Of a stretch of DNA of 38,491 nt, positions 19,061-27,804 are shown one piece after another. The notes under the pieces were generated by a model that saw only the letters and a program-made list of their open reading frames with translations, searched no databases and was not told the origin of the DNA. Both the position numbers and the translations under genes were made by a program. The DNA is from an uncultured bacterium (GTDB lineage Bacteria; CAYUVA01): the NCBI GenBank assembly GCA_964448115.1, contig CAYUVA010000044.1, forward strand, positions 1-38,491. Reading direction: 5' to 3'. Positions within the stretch are counted from its first letter, which is position 1. The number at the start of each line of letters is the position of its first letter.

Positions 19061-19188
19061 GAGGCAAGATTATTAATGCCATCTCCGAGAGTAAAAGACC
19101 AGGTGCCTAATTTGGTATTCAAAAATACCTTGAATTTTGATAAATTATTATGCCAGGACTTGGGAACCCAAAATAAGAGGGATATGTC

Positions 19189-20415
19189 ATGAAGAGATAT
19201 TCTTTAATCGTTTGTATGTCAGCGCTTCTCTGCCTTTGCCTGGTTTATTGCAGCAGCGACTCTGATTCGGTCAAGATAAACGGGGTGGTTACAACCCAGG
19301 GAGAGCAAACCATATTGCATGTCTGGGGGACAAACTACGAGATGGGGTATGCGCATGGGTATCTTATGGCTGAGCGCATTATGGATCTTGCCAATGGGTA
19401 TGTACCGGATGCATTGCCTCCTTACTGGTACGATTATGCAATGGAACTGTACCTTCGCATCTATATGGTGCCTGATGAGTTCAAGGACGAATTCCAGGGC
19501 TTGCTCGATGGCATAGTAGATAGCGGGGTTGATACTTATATGCCCGAATACGACAAGAACCTGGAGTTGAACGATCTATACATGATGAACAGCCTGGCAG
19601 ATATTTCCGGTCTATTTTGCTCTAGCGTAACCGGCTGGGGAGAGGGAACAAGTGGCACCGATCTGAATGGTGACCTGGTTATCTGTCGAGACATGGACTT
19701 CAACGACAGCGATGAACATCATCTCGGCAACCATTCGATAATCATAACCTATGATCCGTCAGAGGCGGGCAAACAGCGCTGGATTTCCTTTGCATTCCCT
19801 GGCTTCATAGCTTGTCTCTCTGGAATGAACCAAAGCGGAGTGGCTGCTTTGCTGGATCTGGGCAACAACTCGACACCGCCGAGCCAGGAGGGGAACTGCG
19901 TGCCCATCAACCTGACCATGCGCATGGGTATCGAGACCGATGACTACAACAATGATGGAATAAACGATCCCGATGATGTCTTCCAGGCGATAAAAGACCA
20001 CGAGCGAGCCGGTTCCTTCGATATAGCCGTTGTCCATCCCTATGATCCCGAATCAGAACAGCCACCAGCTTATGTTATCGAATGTCGCCATAAGGAGTAT
20101 GTGGCCAGGTACCCAGAGGATGAGCCGAACCTTGCTCCCTGGTTCGTCGCGGTAACCAATCACCACCGCAAGCTCGATCCTCCAATCAATTGCCATCGCT
20201 ATGATATCATCGAATCAATGGTCATGGAGGACTACAAGATAGATACACAGGAAGCCTGGGACATAATGGCAGCCTCCAGCCAGAGAAGCACGCTGCATAC
20301 CATCGAGCTTCTGCCTAATTCAATGGAGATAATAGTAGCCTTCACCAAGAACGAGACCACCGCACCGTACCGCCCCAAGGAACACTACAAGTTCGATGAT
20401 CTGTTTACCTATTAA
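19189..20415 (+). CDS. C45-family Ntn-hydrolase (acyltransferase/peptidase), probable lipoprotein
   Basis: Cys-rich signal peptide with lipobox-like LVYC; LHVWGTNYEMGYAHG, autocleavage Cys in LFCSSVTGW, CRDMDF, FPGFIACLSGMN, VTNH. Confidence 0.75.
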   Translation: MKRYSLIVCMSALLCLCLVYCSSDSDSVKINGVVTTQGEQTILHVWGTNYEMGYAHGYLMAERIMDLANGYVPDALPPYWYDYAMELYLRIYMVPDEFKDEFQGLLDGIVDSGVDTYMPEYDKNLELNDLYMMNSLADISGLFCSSVTGWGEGTSGTDLNGDLVICRDMDFNDSDEHHLGNHSIIITYDPSEAGKQRWISFAFPGFIACLSGMNQSGVAALLDLGNNSTPPSQEGNCVPINLTMRMGIETDDYNNDGINDPDDVFQAIKDHERAGSFDIAVVHPYDPESEQPPAYVIECRHKEYVARYPEDEPNLAPWFVAVTNHHRKLDPPINCHRYDIIESMVMEDYKIDTQEAWDIMAASSQRSTLHTIELLPNSMEIIVAFTKNETTAPYRPKEHYKFDDLFTY

Positions 20416-20559
20416 GGCTTGAGGCTTGAGGGTTTATTAAACACAAAGGCACAAAGAAAAGGCTTTAGGCTTTAGACTTTAGGGAAGAAAGAGGATCACG
20501 CAAATACCAAAAGGCGCAAAGATTTAAATGTTCGAGCCGTGAGTGTGAGCGAACGGTTT
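20415..20559. repeat. Mosaic of short intergenic repeats
   Basis: Heptamer tandems AGGCTTG x2 and GGCTTTA x2-3; CACAAAGGCACAAAG and ATCACGCAAA...GGCGCAAAG units; REP-like GAGCCGTGAGTGTGAGCGAACGGTTT (20534-20559). Confidence 0.55.
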
Positions 20560-20608
20560 ATCACTCAAAGAAGCATAGAGGAGTAAACCTGTTGTACATA
20601 AAAGATAG

Positions 20609-21118
20609 ATGGTGAAAAATATACTGCCTTCATCGACACCTGCTTGGATGGTTGCTGCTTTTCTAGGCTTGATGATTATTTTAATTCCAGCGGTTCACTC
20701 CCGTGCAGATCCTGATTATGGGATATTTCCCGACCTGCACGACTATAACATGAGCGCGTCGCTTCCAGGTGAAATGAACCAGCCAGTGCTCGACCCGCTA
20801 ACCCGCTCCATGCTCCTCCCTGGCTGGGGTCAATATGCGAATGGGCAAAAGGTCAAGGGATCTGCACTCATATCACTCTTTGGCATCGGTATTGGCATGT
20901 CTCTGTATTACGGGATCGAGGGGAGCGGGTACTATGATGAATACAAGGATGCCGATAACCCCGCTCAGGCGTCCAAGTTTCGACATCTCACCAAACAGGC
21001 AGATAAAAGACGCAACCAGGCGATAATGGCTACTGGAATTATTTGGGGCTTGAGCCTGCTCGATATGCTGCTGAGCGATAAGGATCGGGGAAAAAATGAT
21101 GAACTAGACCAGCCATGA
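20609..21118 (+). CDS. DUF5683-like membrane/secreted protein
   Basis: RSMLLPGWGQYANGQKVKG motif, hydrophobic helices, RRNQ...IIWGLSLLD. Confidence 0.65.
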   Translation: MVKNILPSSTPAWMVAAFLGLMIILIPAVHSRADPDYGIFPDLHDYNMSASLPGEMNQPVLDPLTRSMLLPGWGQYANGQKVKGSALISLFGIGIGMSLYYGIEGSGYYDEYKDADNPAQASKFRHLTKQADKRRNQAIMATGIIWGLSLLDMLLSDKDRGKNDELDQP

Positions 21119-21119
21119 T

Positions 21120-23000
21120 ATGAAAAGCAGGGGTATAGTGCCGAAGGAAAATATATCCTGTCTTGTTATAATTGTGCTCATAATATCGGTTGTCCAATAC
21201 GATCCTATATTTGCCAATACCAGCCAATTTGCAAAGCAAGGAACGACCATCATCGGAGATGCATTGATAATAGAGCCCGAGGCAGGAGTTATATACTCCA
21301 GGAACACGGTAAAAATTACCTTCGATAATATCGAGATATATTGTGGTGCACTATGGCTAACTCTTTATGATAACAGGATGTTTTGCACAAAGAGCGTATA
21401 TATTGCATCAAAACAAAAGATCATCGCCAAAGGCTCAGGGCTGATAGTTGACCTAATATCAGGGGAGGGGATCTTATACAAACCATCGAATGCCAAACTG
21501 GCACGGCTGGATGGGGTAATGAAGGTGGGTGATCTAAATATCACCCTGGCTAACTCGCCTCCTGGTGCTGCCATTGAAGATGGCTTTAACCTGGATGAAG
21601 CCATGCGCCCCTTTCGCTATTATCGCTGTACTAAGGCGGTGATAGAACCTGGAATAAGACTGAAGCTCAAGGAGGCGGTCCTGGTCATAGAGGGAGCTGA
21701 TATCATTGAGCTTGGATCACTTGATTTCTCGCTAAGCCAGGGATTTCGGCGCAGCGGCTTCTCCCTTCGTAGCCTGGGCATAAACAATCATCTGGGAAAA
21801 GGGATTACCACTGGATATGGCTGGCTCCTTGACTCCTATTCTTTCTTGGATCTCTCAATTGGATACAGGGACATAGGGGATGAAACCTTGCTCGATACCG
21901 ATGTCATATTCACCAGTTCCTGGGAGAGTTGGCGAATAAAACTGGCTAATCGCTATCGGATGGATTACTTCTTGCAACCTAATCTGCAGATCGCTTGTCC
22001 TTTAGGCGAGCAGACCCGAATACATAGCCAGATTAGCTATTATGATGATTTGCACCTAGACTTGGATAGGTTTCATTTCGATCTGGGGGTCGAATCACCT
22101 GGCTGGAGCACCTCGGTGAGATACAGCGACCTGGCTGGCTATAACCGCAACCTTCAGTTGAGCCTTGGCTTTAGGCTGGGGAACCTTCATTTCCAGTTGG
22201 AAAACGCCTTGATAACCAGCTATGGAAATGCATTCCGAGTTCGGTGGGATCGACTGGATAGTCGATTCTCAACCACATATCGAGGGAGGCATTTTTCTTG
22301 TCGGCTCATCTATTCCGCTGGGGATATCAAGGATAGCTCTGATGACTTCGAGTTTGTAGCGCTTGAGCTGCAAAGCCGATCAATACCAATAGGCGGCTCA
22401 CTCTTTTCCCTTCAGGTCGGCTCTACTAGCCTATTACAGCGATACTTACCATCGGTAAACAACTATCGAGGTTCCTACAGCCAATGGCTTGCGCTTTATG
22501 CTCCTAGCATCCCCTTGGGAGACAAAACCTTTTTATTACCCAAGGCACAACTAAGCGGGCTCCAGGTGGAAGGCATGAACGGTTCCACTATCATATCTAG
22601 CTCACTAGCTCTATATCGATACCTGGTTAATAACACGCACATCGCATTGCGCCATAGCTACAGCTTTATTGCGGATAATAGCTCTGCCTGGTTGACTTAC
22701 GGCAAGGCAAGCCAGTTCATGGAAGCACTGCTAGCTATAGCGCCCAATGATGGATACTCGTTCGATGTCCGCTACCTGCAAAGCTTGACTGATGGTGAGG
22801 CTGAGTCTTTGAGATGTAGCGCACAGATTAGGCTGATCAGGGATTGGAGAATCGAGTTCGAGAATCTATACAATTTCGAGCTGGATGATTTCTATGCCTC
22901 CAGGCTGCTAGTGAGCAAAACCATAAGGAACGGGTATCTTGGGGGAGGGTATGATTTCCTGCGCAATGAATACTATCTCTTATTATCGCAGGTGCTGTAG
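21120..23000 (+). CDS. Outer-membrane beta-barrel protein, possibly LptD-like
   Basis: N-terminal hydrophobic signal, an OstA/beta-jellyroll-like segment (IEIYCGALWLTLYDNRMFCTKSVYI), then a long run of amphipathic beta strands to the C-terminus. Confidence 0.45.
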   Translation: MKSRGIVPKENISCLVIIVLIISVVQYDPIFANTSQFAKQGTTIIGDALIIEPEAGVIYSRNTVKITFDNIEIYCGALWLTLYDNRMFCTKSVYIASKQKIIAKGSGLIVDLISGEGILYKPSNAKLARLDGVMKVGDLNITLANSPPGAAIEDGFNLDEAMRPFRYYRCTKAVIEPGIRLKLKEAVLVIEGADIIELGSLDFSLSQGFRRSGFSLRSLGINNHLGKGITTGYGWLLDSYSFLDLSIGYRDIGDETLLDTDVIFTSSWESWRIKLANRYRMDYFLQPNLQIACPLGEQTRIHSQISYYDDLHLDLDRFHFDLGVESPGWSTSVRYSDLAGYNRNLQLSLGFRLGNLHFQLENALITSYGNAFRVRWDRLDSRFSTTYRGRHFSCRLIYSAGDIKDSSDDFEFVALELQSRSIPIGGSLFSLQVGSTSLLQRYLPSVNNYRGSYSQWLALYAPSIPLGDKTFLLPKAQLSGLQVEGMNGSTIISSSLALYRYLVNNTHIALRHSYSFIADNSSAWLTYGKASQFMEALLAIAPNDGYSFDVRYLQSLTDGEAESLRCSAQIRLIRDWRIEFENLYNFELDDFYASRLLVSKTIRNGYLGGGYDFLRNEYYLLLSQVL

Positions 23001-23001
23001 T

Positions 23002-23035
23002 AAAATCCCCGACTCCGAATAACAGGGAGCCGGGG
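23002..23035 (-). terminator. Intrinsic terminator downstream of groES (possibly bidirectional)
   Basis: Minus strand CCCCGGCTCC-9 nt loop-GGAGTCGGGG followed by ATTTTA, between convergent genes. Confidence 0.65.
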
Positions 23036-23064
23036 CATCAGTTAGTCGGTTTCTTATACTGAGA

Positions 23065-23355
23065 TTACTTCTCGATGACGCAGAGCACCTCGCTCTCGTT
23101 CATTATCAGGTACTCCTCGTCGCCGAGCTTCACCTCGGAGCCGGCATACTTGCCGAAGAGTATCTCGTCATCTACCTTGACTTCCATAGGCATACGGTCT
23201 CCATCCTCATCGAGTTTTCCCTTCCCGACCGCGATGACCTTACCCCTCTGTGGCTTCTCCTTTGCCGTGTCCGGGATGATGATGCCGCCCTTGACGACCT
23301 CCTCTTCTTCGATTCTCTTGACGATGATTCGATCTCCTAATGGTCTCAGATTCAT
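23065..23355 (-). CDS. groES: Co-chaperonin GroES
   Basis: [57 protein letters not shown] upstream. Confidence 0.98.
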   Translation of the reverse strand: MNLRPLGDRIIVKRIEEEEVVKGGIIIPDTAKEKPQRGKVIAVGKGKLDEDGDRMPMEVKVDDEILFGKYAGSEVKLGDEEYLIMNESEVLCVIEK

Positions 23356-23441
23356 GGTTACCTCCTAGGGTTAAGAGTCTTTAGTCTTTACTGGGAAAGA
23401 AGGATATATCTTTCCTACTAGAAAATCACCATCGAAATACA

Positions 23442-23457
23442 TGCGAAAATCATGCCA
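23442..23457 (-). promoter_or_regulatory. sigma54 (-24/-12) promoter of groES
   Basis: Minus strand TGGCATGATTTTCGCA gives GG-N10-GC, close to the consensus TGGCAC-N5-TTGCA. Confidence 0.7.
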
Positions 23458-23475
23458 AAAGATATAATGCAATAA

Positions 23476-23488
23476 AATCAACAACTTA
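23476..23488 (+). promoter_or_regulatory. IHF binding site
   Basis: AATCAACAACTTA is an exact match to WATCAANNNNTTR with an A/T-rich 5' flank, lying between the sigma54 promoter and the palindromes. Confidence 0.65.
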
Positions 23489-23519
23489 AATGGATAGATA
23501 ATTGATGCTTTTCAGGGTA

Positions 23520-23578
23520 GTGCCATTTTGGCATTAAAGGGTATGGGATGGCAGGAGAATACAGTGCCAAAATGGCAC
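23520..23578. promoter_or_regulatory. Two palindromic TGCCA-N3-TGGCA sites, candidate enhancer (UAS) for a sigma54 activator
   Basis: GTGCCATTTTGGCAT (23520-23534) and GTGCCAAAATGGCAC (23564-23578), centres 44 bp apart, about -96 and -140 from the inferred TSS. Confidence 0.6.
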
Positions 23579-23592
23579 GATCTTGGATCGAG

Positions 23593-24693
23593 CTACTGAT
23601 AATCCCTGGTAATGGCGGCGATTATCTCCTCTTCTTCGAGGAAGGCACTAAACAACTTCTTGTCATAAGCCCTTCGTACCGCCACCTGTGGCTTGATCAG
23701 CTTCTGGCTGACCAGTCGATACAGGTCCTGATCCATTGTCTGCATCCCGGTCTCCAGTTGGTCGCTGGTCTGTATCAGGGTATATATCTGGAAGAACTTG
23801 CCATCCCTAATGACATTGGAAAGCCCATAAGTCGAGGTAAGTATCTCAAATGCAGCGACTCTTCCTTTTCCATCAGCGCGCTTGAAGAGATCCTGTGCGA
23901 TAACACCCTTTAGCGAGACCGAGAGCATCGTCTTTATATGCTCCTGTTCCTTTTCGGGGAAGATATCGACTATACGGCTCAGTGTCTCGGCGGCGCTGTT
24001 GGTATGAAGTGTTCCGAAAACAAGCACACCGGTCTCGGCGGCGGTCAATGCCAGGCTTATGGTCTCAAGATCGCGCATCTCTCCTATCAAAAGCACATCC
24101 GGCGACTCCCGAAGTGCCGAACGAAGCGCATCGGCAAAGGTCTTGCAGTGAGTCTTGACCTCGCGGTGAAATATGATCGATTCCTTGGGTTGATGAACGA
24201 ACTCTATGGGTTCCTCGATAGTTATGATATGCTTGCAGTATTTGCTGTTGATGGAGTCTATTATAGCCGCCTGGGTGGTGGATTTACCGCTACCGGTTGG
24301 ACCGGTAACTAGCACTAGCCCACGCTCCATCTCTGCAAAGCGATGCAGTACCTTTGGGAGACCGAGCATCTCGATGGTCTGTATATCAGCCGGTATCACC
24401 CTGAATGCCGCCCCGATGCCCTTCCTTTGCATGAATATATTGACGCGAAAGCGAGCTAAACCCGGAATCTCATAAGAACAATCAAGCTCCCATTCCTCCT
24501 CGAATCGTCTCCTTTGTGATTCATCGAGGATCTCGTAGATGAAGCGGTTGCCATCATAACGAGACAGAGGTCTGAAGCCTATGGGGATAAGGTCGCCATT
24601 ATACCTTATGTATGGCTGGTGTCCGACACCGATGTGCAGATCGCTAGCGCCCTGTTCTACAACCAGCTTCAGAAATGAATCGATCCTAGCCAT
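23593..24693 (-). CDS. pilT: PilT/PilU-family retraction ATPase
   Basis: GASDLHIGVG, RFRVNIF, GPTGSGKSTT, TIEEPIEF, LRESPDVLLIGEMRD, GTLHTNSA, GMQTMDQ. Confidence 0.92.
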   Translation of the reverse strand: MARIDSFLKLVVEQGASDLHIGVGHQPYIRYNGDLIPIGFRPLSRYDGNRFIYEILDESQRRRFEEEWELDCSYEIPGLARFRVNIFMQRKGIGAAFRVIPADIQTIEMLGLPKVLHRFAEMERGLVLVTGPTGSGKSTTQAAIIDSINSKYCKHIITIEEPIEFVHQPKESIIFHREVKTHCKTFADALRSALRESPDVLLIGEMRDLETISLALTAAETGVLVFGTLHTNSAAETLSRIVDIFPEKEQEHIKTMLSVSLKGVIAQDLFKRADGKGRVAAFEILTSTYGLSNVIRDGKFFQIYTLIQTSDQLETGMQTMDQDLYRLVSQKLIKPQVAVRRAYDKKLFSAFLEEEEIIAAITRDYQ

Positions 24694-24720
24694 AATTATT
24701 TAGGCGTGAGAGTTTTTTAA

Positions 24721-24890
24721 CCACCAAGGCACAAGGGCACAAAGAGGAAGCGGTACAATGGTACCGGAAACTCTAAATATCTTTTTCTTCCCTGTGTCTC
24801 TGTGCTGTTCATTATCTTTTTTTTATGTTCTTTGCGCCCCTTTCGACTTTGCTCAGGGCAGGCTCTTGCGAGGGTTCCTTTGCATCTTTC
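24721..24890. repeat. Intergenic repeat mosaic between the two pilT genes
   Basis: CCACCAAGGCACAAGGGCACAAAG, complementary-type CTGTGTCTCTGTG and CTTTGCG units, and a CCCTTTCGACTTTGCTCAGGGCAGGCT REP-like unit. Confidence 0.5.
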
Positions 24891-24897
24891 GCCATTC

Positions 24898-27648
24898 TTA
24901 TGTAAGCTCCAGCAGCTTTTCCACCTCCTGTGGATTGAAACACTTGCGGAAAGCGACATCATGGTCGATTTTTCCTTCTTTTACCAGCTTGACCAGCGCT
25001 TGATCCATGGTCTGCATCCCTATCTCGCTCATGGTGCTCATTAGCGAGGTCAATTGATGTGTCTTCTTCTCCCTGATCAGGTTGCTCACCGATGGATGTC
25101 CGATCATTATCTCAAAGGCAGCCAAGACGGCGTTTCCCTCTTCTCTTGACTCGACCAACTGCTGCATGATGATCGCCTTTAAGTTCTCTGATAGAAGCAC
25201 GCGCACATGCTCCTTCCTGTCTGGGGGAAAGGCGTTGATGATGCGGTCTATGGTCTTTGGCGCGCTATAGGCATGTAGGGTGCCGATGACCAGATGCCCC
25301 GTCTCGGCGGCGTTCAAAGCGATCGAGATCGACTCCAGATCCCTAAGCTCGCCGATGAAGATCACATCCGGATCCTCTCTAAGCGCGGCTCGCAAAGCAT
25401 TGGGAAAGCTCTTGGTGTGCACCCCAAGGCTCCGCTGATGGATAATGGCACGTCGAGGCGGGTGGATATACTCGATAGGATCCTCGATAGTGATGACATG
25501 CAGCTTGCGGTTGCGATTGATATAATCGATCATCGATGATGCAGTCGTGGTCTTTCCCATGCCGGTTGCGCCGACCACCAGCACGAGACCACGGCTTATA
25601 TAGCAAAAATCCTTTACTTGTTCGGGAGCACCCAGCACCCTCAACTGCGGTACTTCGTCTGGGATGACCCTGAAGACAGCGTTTACTCCCTCACGCTGAC
25701 GAAAGATATTGACCCGAAAGCGATCCTTTTCCTCGATGCTATAGCTGATATCGAGATCTTCCAGATCGTTGAACTTGGCGCGTTGATCATCGGTCATGAT
25801 CTGATACAGCATCTCCTCCACCTGTCGCGGGCTGAAGCTCTCTTTGAGCACCGGCTCGATGCGCCCGTATTTTCTATAATAGGGCGGAAGGTTCGATGAT
25901 AAGAATAGATCCGAGGCACCCTTTTCTTTTGTATAAAGCAGCAACCGATCCAGCGGCGTAAAGTGCTTGTTTTCAAGTATATTGGTCTCGATGATACCCT
26001 GACTATCCTTGAGCTTAAGCTCCTCGCTCCATCGTCGCAGGGTCTTGATCGCCTCCAGCCTGATACCCTTGTCCCTATCGACCATCAGCCTGCTCATCGC
26101 TTTCAGCGAGGGTTTGATCCTATATTCCTTTAGCATGGTGAGCACCTGCATACGAATATCCGCATCCTCATCCTCCACCAGTGGGATTATTTGCTCAACG
26201 ACCTTTGTATCCTTGATCCTGGCCAGCGCTTCCAGGGTTACCCATTTCATATCCGCATCCTTGAGGAATGGACTGATAATAGGTATCGCCTTTTCCTTGG
26301 CTATATTGCCGATAGCCTCGATGGCGCGCTCCCTTACCCACCAGTCATCATCCTTAAGGCAATTTAATACATGCTTGTATGCCCTTGGATCCTGCAACCG
26401 TCCCAGGGTCTCCACTGCCATGCGTCTTATTATATCACTAGGATCATCGAGCAGCTTGACCAGCGGCTCGAAGATATTTAGATTCTGGTAGTTGACCAGC
26501 TCCTTGGTTACCTCGTTTCGTTTCCACCAGTCCTCGTTTTTCAGCCCATCGACCATGCGCCAGACCAGGTCTTCATCGCCGACAGCGCGGATGAAGTCCG
26601 CGGTCTTCTCTCGAACCAGATCGTGCTCAGAGCCGATGATGCTAGAGAGGATCTTGGTACGATCCACCCGGTTCTCCTTTGCCATCTTGACCGCGGTCTC
26701 GAAGGCTACCTCGGCGATGCTCTCCTCTACATCGCGGATGCGTTCAAGGATAGTGTCGATCACCCGTTCATCACCGATGGCGCCTAGCACCTGTACCGCC
26801 TCGTAGCGCACGCGGGCATGGGGGTAGTGGATGAACTTGATCACTTGCGGTATAGCCTCGGCATCCCCGACATTGCCGATGCCGGTAAGAGCCAGGGTGA
26901 TGATCTTCACATCATCATCCTTGAGTAGTGTATAGAGCGGTTCCAGGCACTCCTTCTTGCCGATCTCTCCCAGCGCTTTGGCTACTACCTCCTTCACATC
27001 TCGATCCGGGTCGCGGACATACTGACCTAGCACCTCCACGGCGGCGAGCGATTTGAACTTGCCGAAGCTCTTGAAGGCGACTATGCGCTCCTCCTTCTTG
27101 GAGTGGCGAAGAAGCTCCTTGATAATCGGAACCGACCGCGAGCCACCTATACTAATAAGAAGCTCAATAAGGGTTATCTTGTTGGTATATTTGCCCCTTT
27201 TGGCTATCTCGGCGACCTTGACATAGATCTCTCGTCCACCGATTCGTACAAGTATTGGTTGGATGCATTTTACCTCAGCATCGCTTCCATCGACTAAAAA
27301 GCGCGTGAATGCTTCGATGTAGTTTCCATCCATCTTGCGGGCGATTTCCCTGAGGACGATGTGATCCGGGCGATATCGAACCGCCCTAAATAGATCAGCC
27401 AAAAAAGGAGCAACCGCATCGCTAGGAGCACTCGATAAAAGCATGGCGATAAGCGTATTCTTTTTTCTTATCTGCTTGGGGCTGGGATCGCGCGGGGTAT
27501 TTTCCAGAATTTTGATTAATTGGGCAGTAGGAAAGGCATCAAGGCTCATCACCGCCTGGTAAAGGAGGCTTTGTTCTTCCTCTGTCTTCCAAGTCCCTTG
27601 CTCTATGCGTTTTAAGATCTCGGCTTTGGTTCTACTTAAGAATGCCAT
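24898..27648 (-). CDS. HEAT-repeat domain fused to a PilT/PilU-family ATPase
   Basis: Many HEAT_2-like repeats (D.D..VR..AVEALG.IGD) up to about aa 560, then GASDLFLSS, RFRVNIFRQ, GATGMGKTT, TIEDPIEY, ALREDPDVIFIGELRD, AETGHLVIGTLH, NLIREKKTHQ, GMQTMDQAL. Confidence 0.9.
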   Translation of the reverse strand: MAFLSRTKAEILKRIEQGTWKTEEEQSLLYQAVMSLDAFPTAQLIKILENTPRDPSPKQIRKKNTLIAMLLSSAPSDAVAPFLADLFRAVRYRPDHIVLREIARKMDGNYIEAFTRFLVDGSDAEVKCIQPILVRIGGREIYVKVAEIAKRGKYTNKITLIELLISIGGSRSVPIIKELLRHSKKEERIVAFKSFGKFKSLAAVEVLGQYVRDPDRDVKEVVAKALGEIGKKECLEPLYTLLKDDDVKIITLALTGIGNVGDAEAIPQVIKFIHYPHARVRYEAVQVLGAIGDERVIDTILERIRDVEESIAEVAFETAVKMAKENRVDRTKILSSIIGSEHDLVREKTADFIRAVGDEDLVWRMVDGLKNEDWWKRNEVTKELVNYQNLNIFEPLVKLLDDPSDIIRRMAVETLGRLQDPRAYKHVLNCLKDDDWWVRERAIEAIGNIAKEKAIPIISPFLKDADMKWVTLEALARIKDTKVVEQIIPLVEDEDADIRMQVLTMLKEYRIKPSLKAMSRLMVDRDKGIRLEAIKTLRRWSEELKLKDSQGIIETNILENKHFTPLDRLLLYTKEKGASDLFLSSNLPPYYRKYGRIEPVLKESFSPRQVEEMLYQIMTDDQRAKFNDLEDLDISYSIEEKDRFRVNIFRQREGVNAVFRVIPDEVPQLRVLGAPEQVKDFCYISRGLVLVVGATGMGKTTTASSMIDYINRNRKLHVITIEDPIEYIHPPRRAIIHQRSLGVHTKSFPNALRAALREDPDVIFIGELRDLESISIALNAAETGHLVIGTLHAYSAPKTIDRIINAFPPDRKEHVRVLLSENLKAIIMQQLVESREEGNAVLAAFEIMIGHPSVSNLIREKKTHQLTSLMSTMSEIGMQTMDQALVKLVKEGKIDHDVAFRKCFNPQEVEKLLELT

Positions 27649-27719
27649 CTTTCATCCATGAATAATGGGGGAGCGATTAAAGCAATAAGACCCCGAATTA
27701 CCCTCATTTATCCCTATCA

Positions 27720-27748
27720 TTTATAAAACAAAAATCGAGGTAAGTCAA
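27720..27748 (-). promoter_or_regulatory. Candidate sigma70 promoter for HEAT-pilT/pilT
   Basis: Minus strand TTGACT-N17-TATAAA. Confidence 0.35.
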
Positions 27749-27804
27749 TGTGCTGATTAAGGTTATCTATTTGAATATGTACTTAATTTTTAGACAAGTG
27801 GATA

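Noticed and set aside
23356-23592. CIRCE/HrcA operator upstream of groES
   Set aside because: No TTAGCACTC-N9-GAGTGCTAA match; the palindromes have a different sequence and spacing.
24717-25044. Short ORFs across the pilT spacer (also 31090-31422, 33019-33324, 37025-37261)
   Set aside because: They are low-complexity translations of intergenic repeats or overlaps with real genes.
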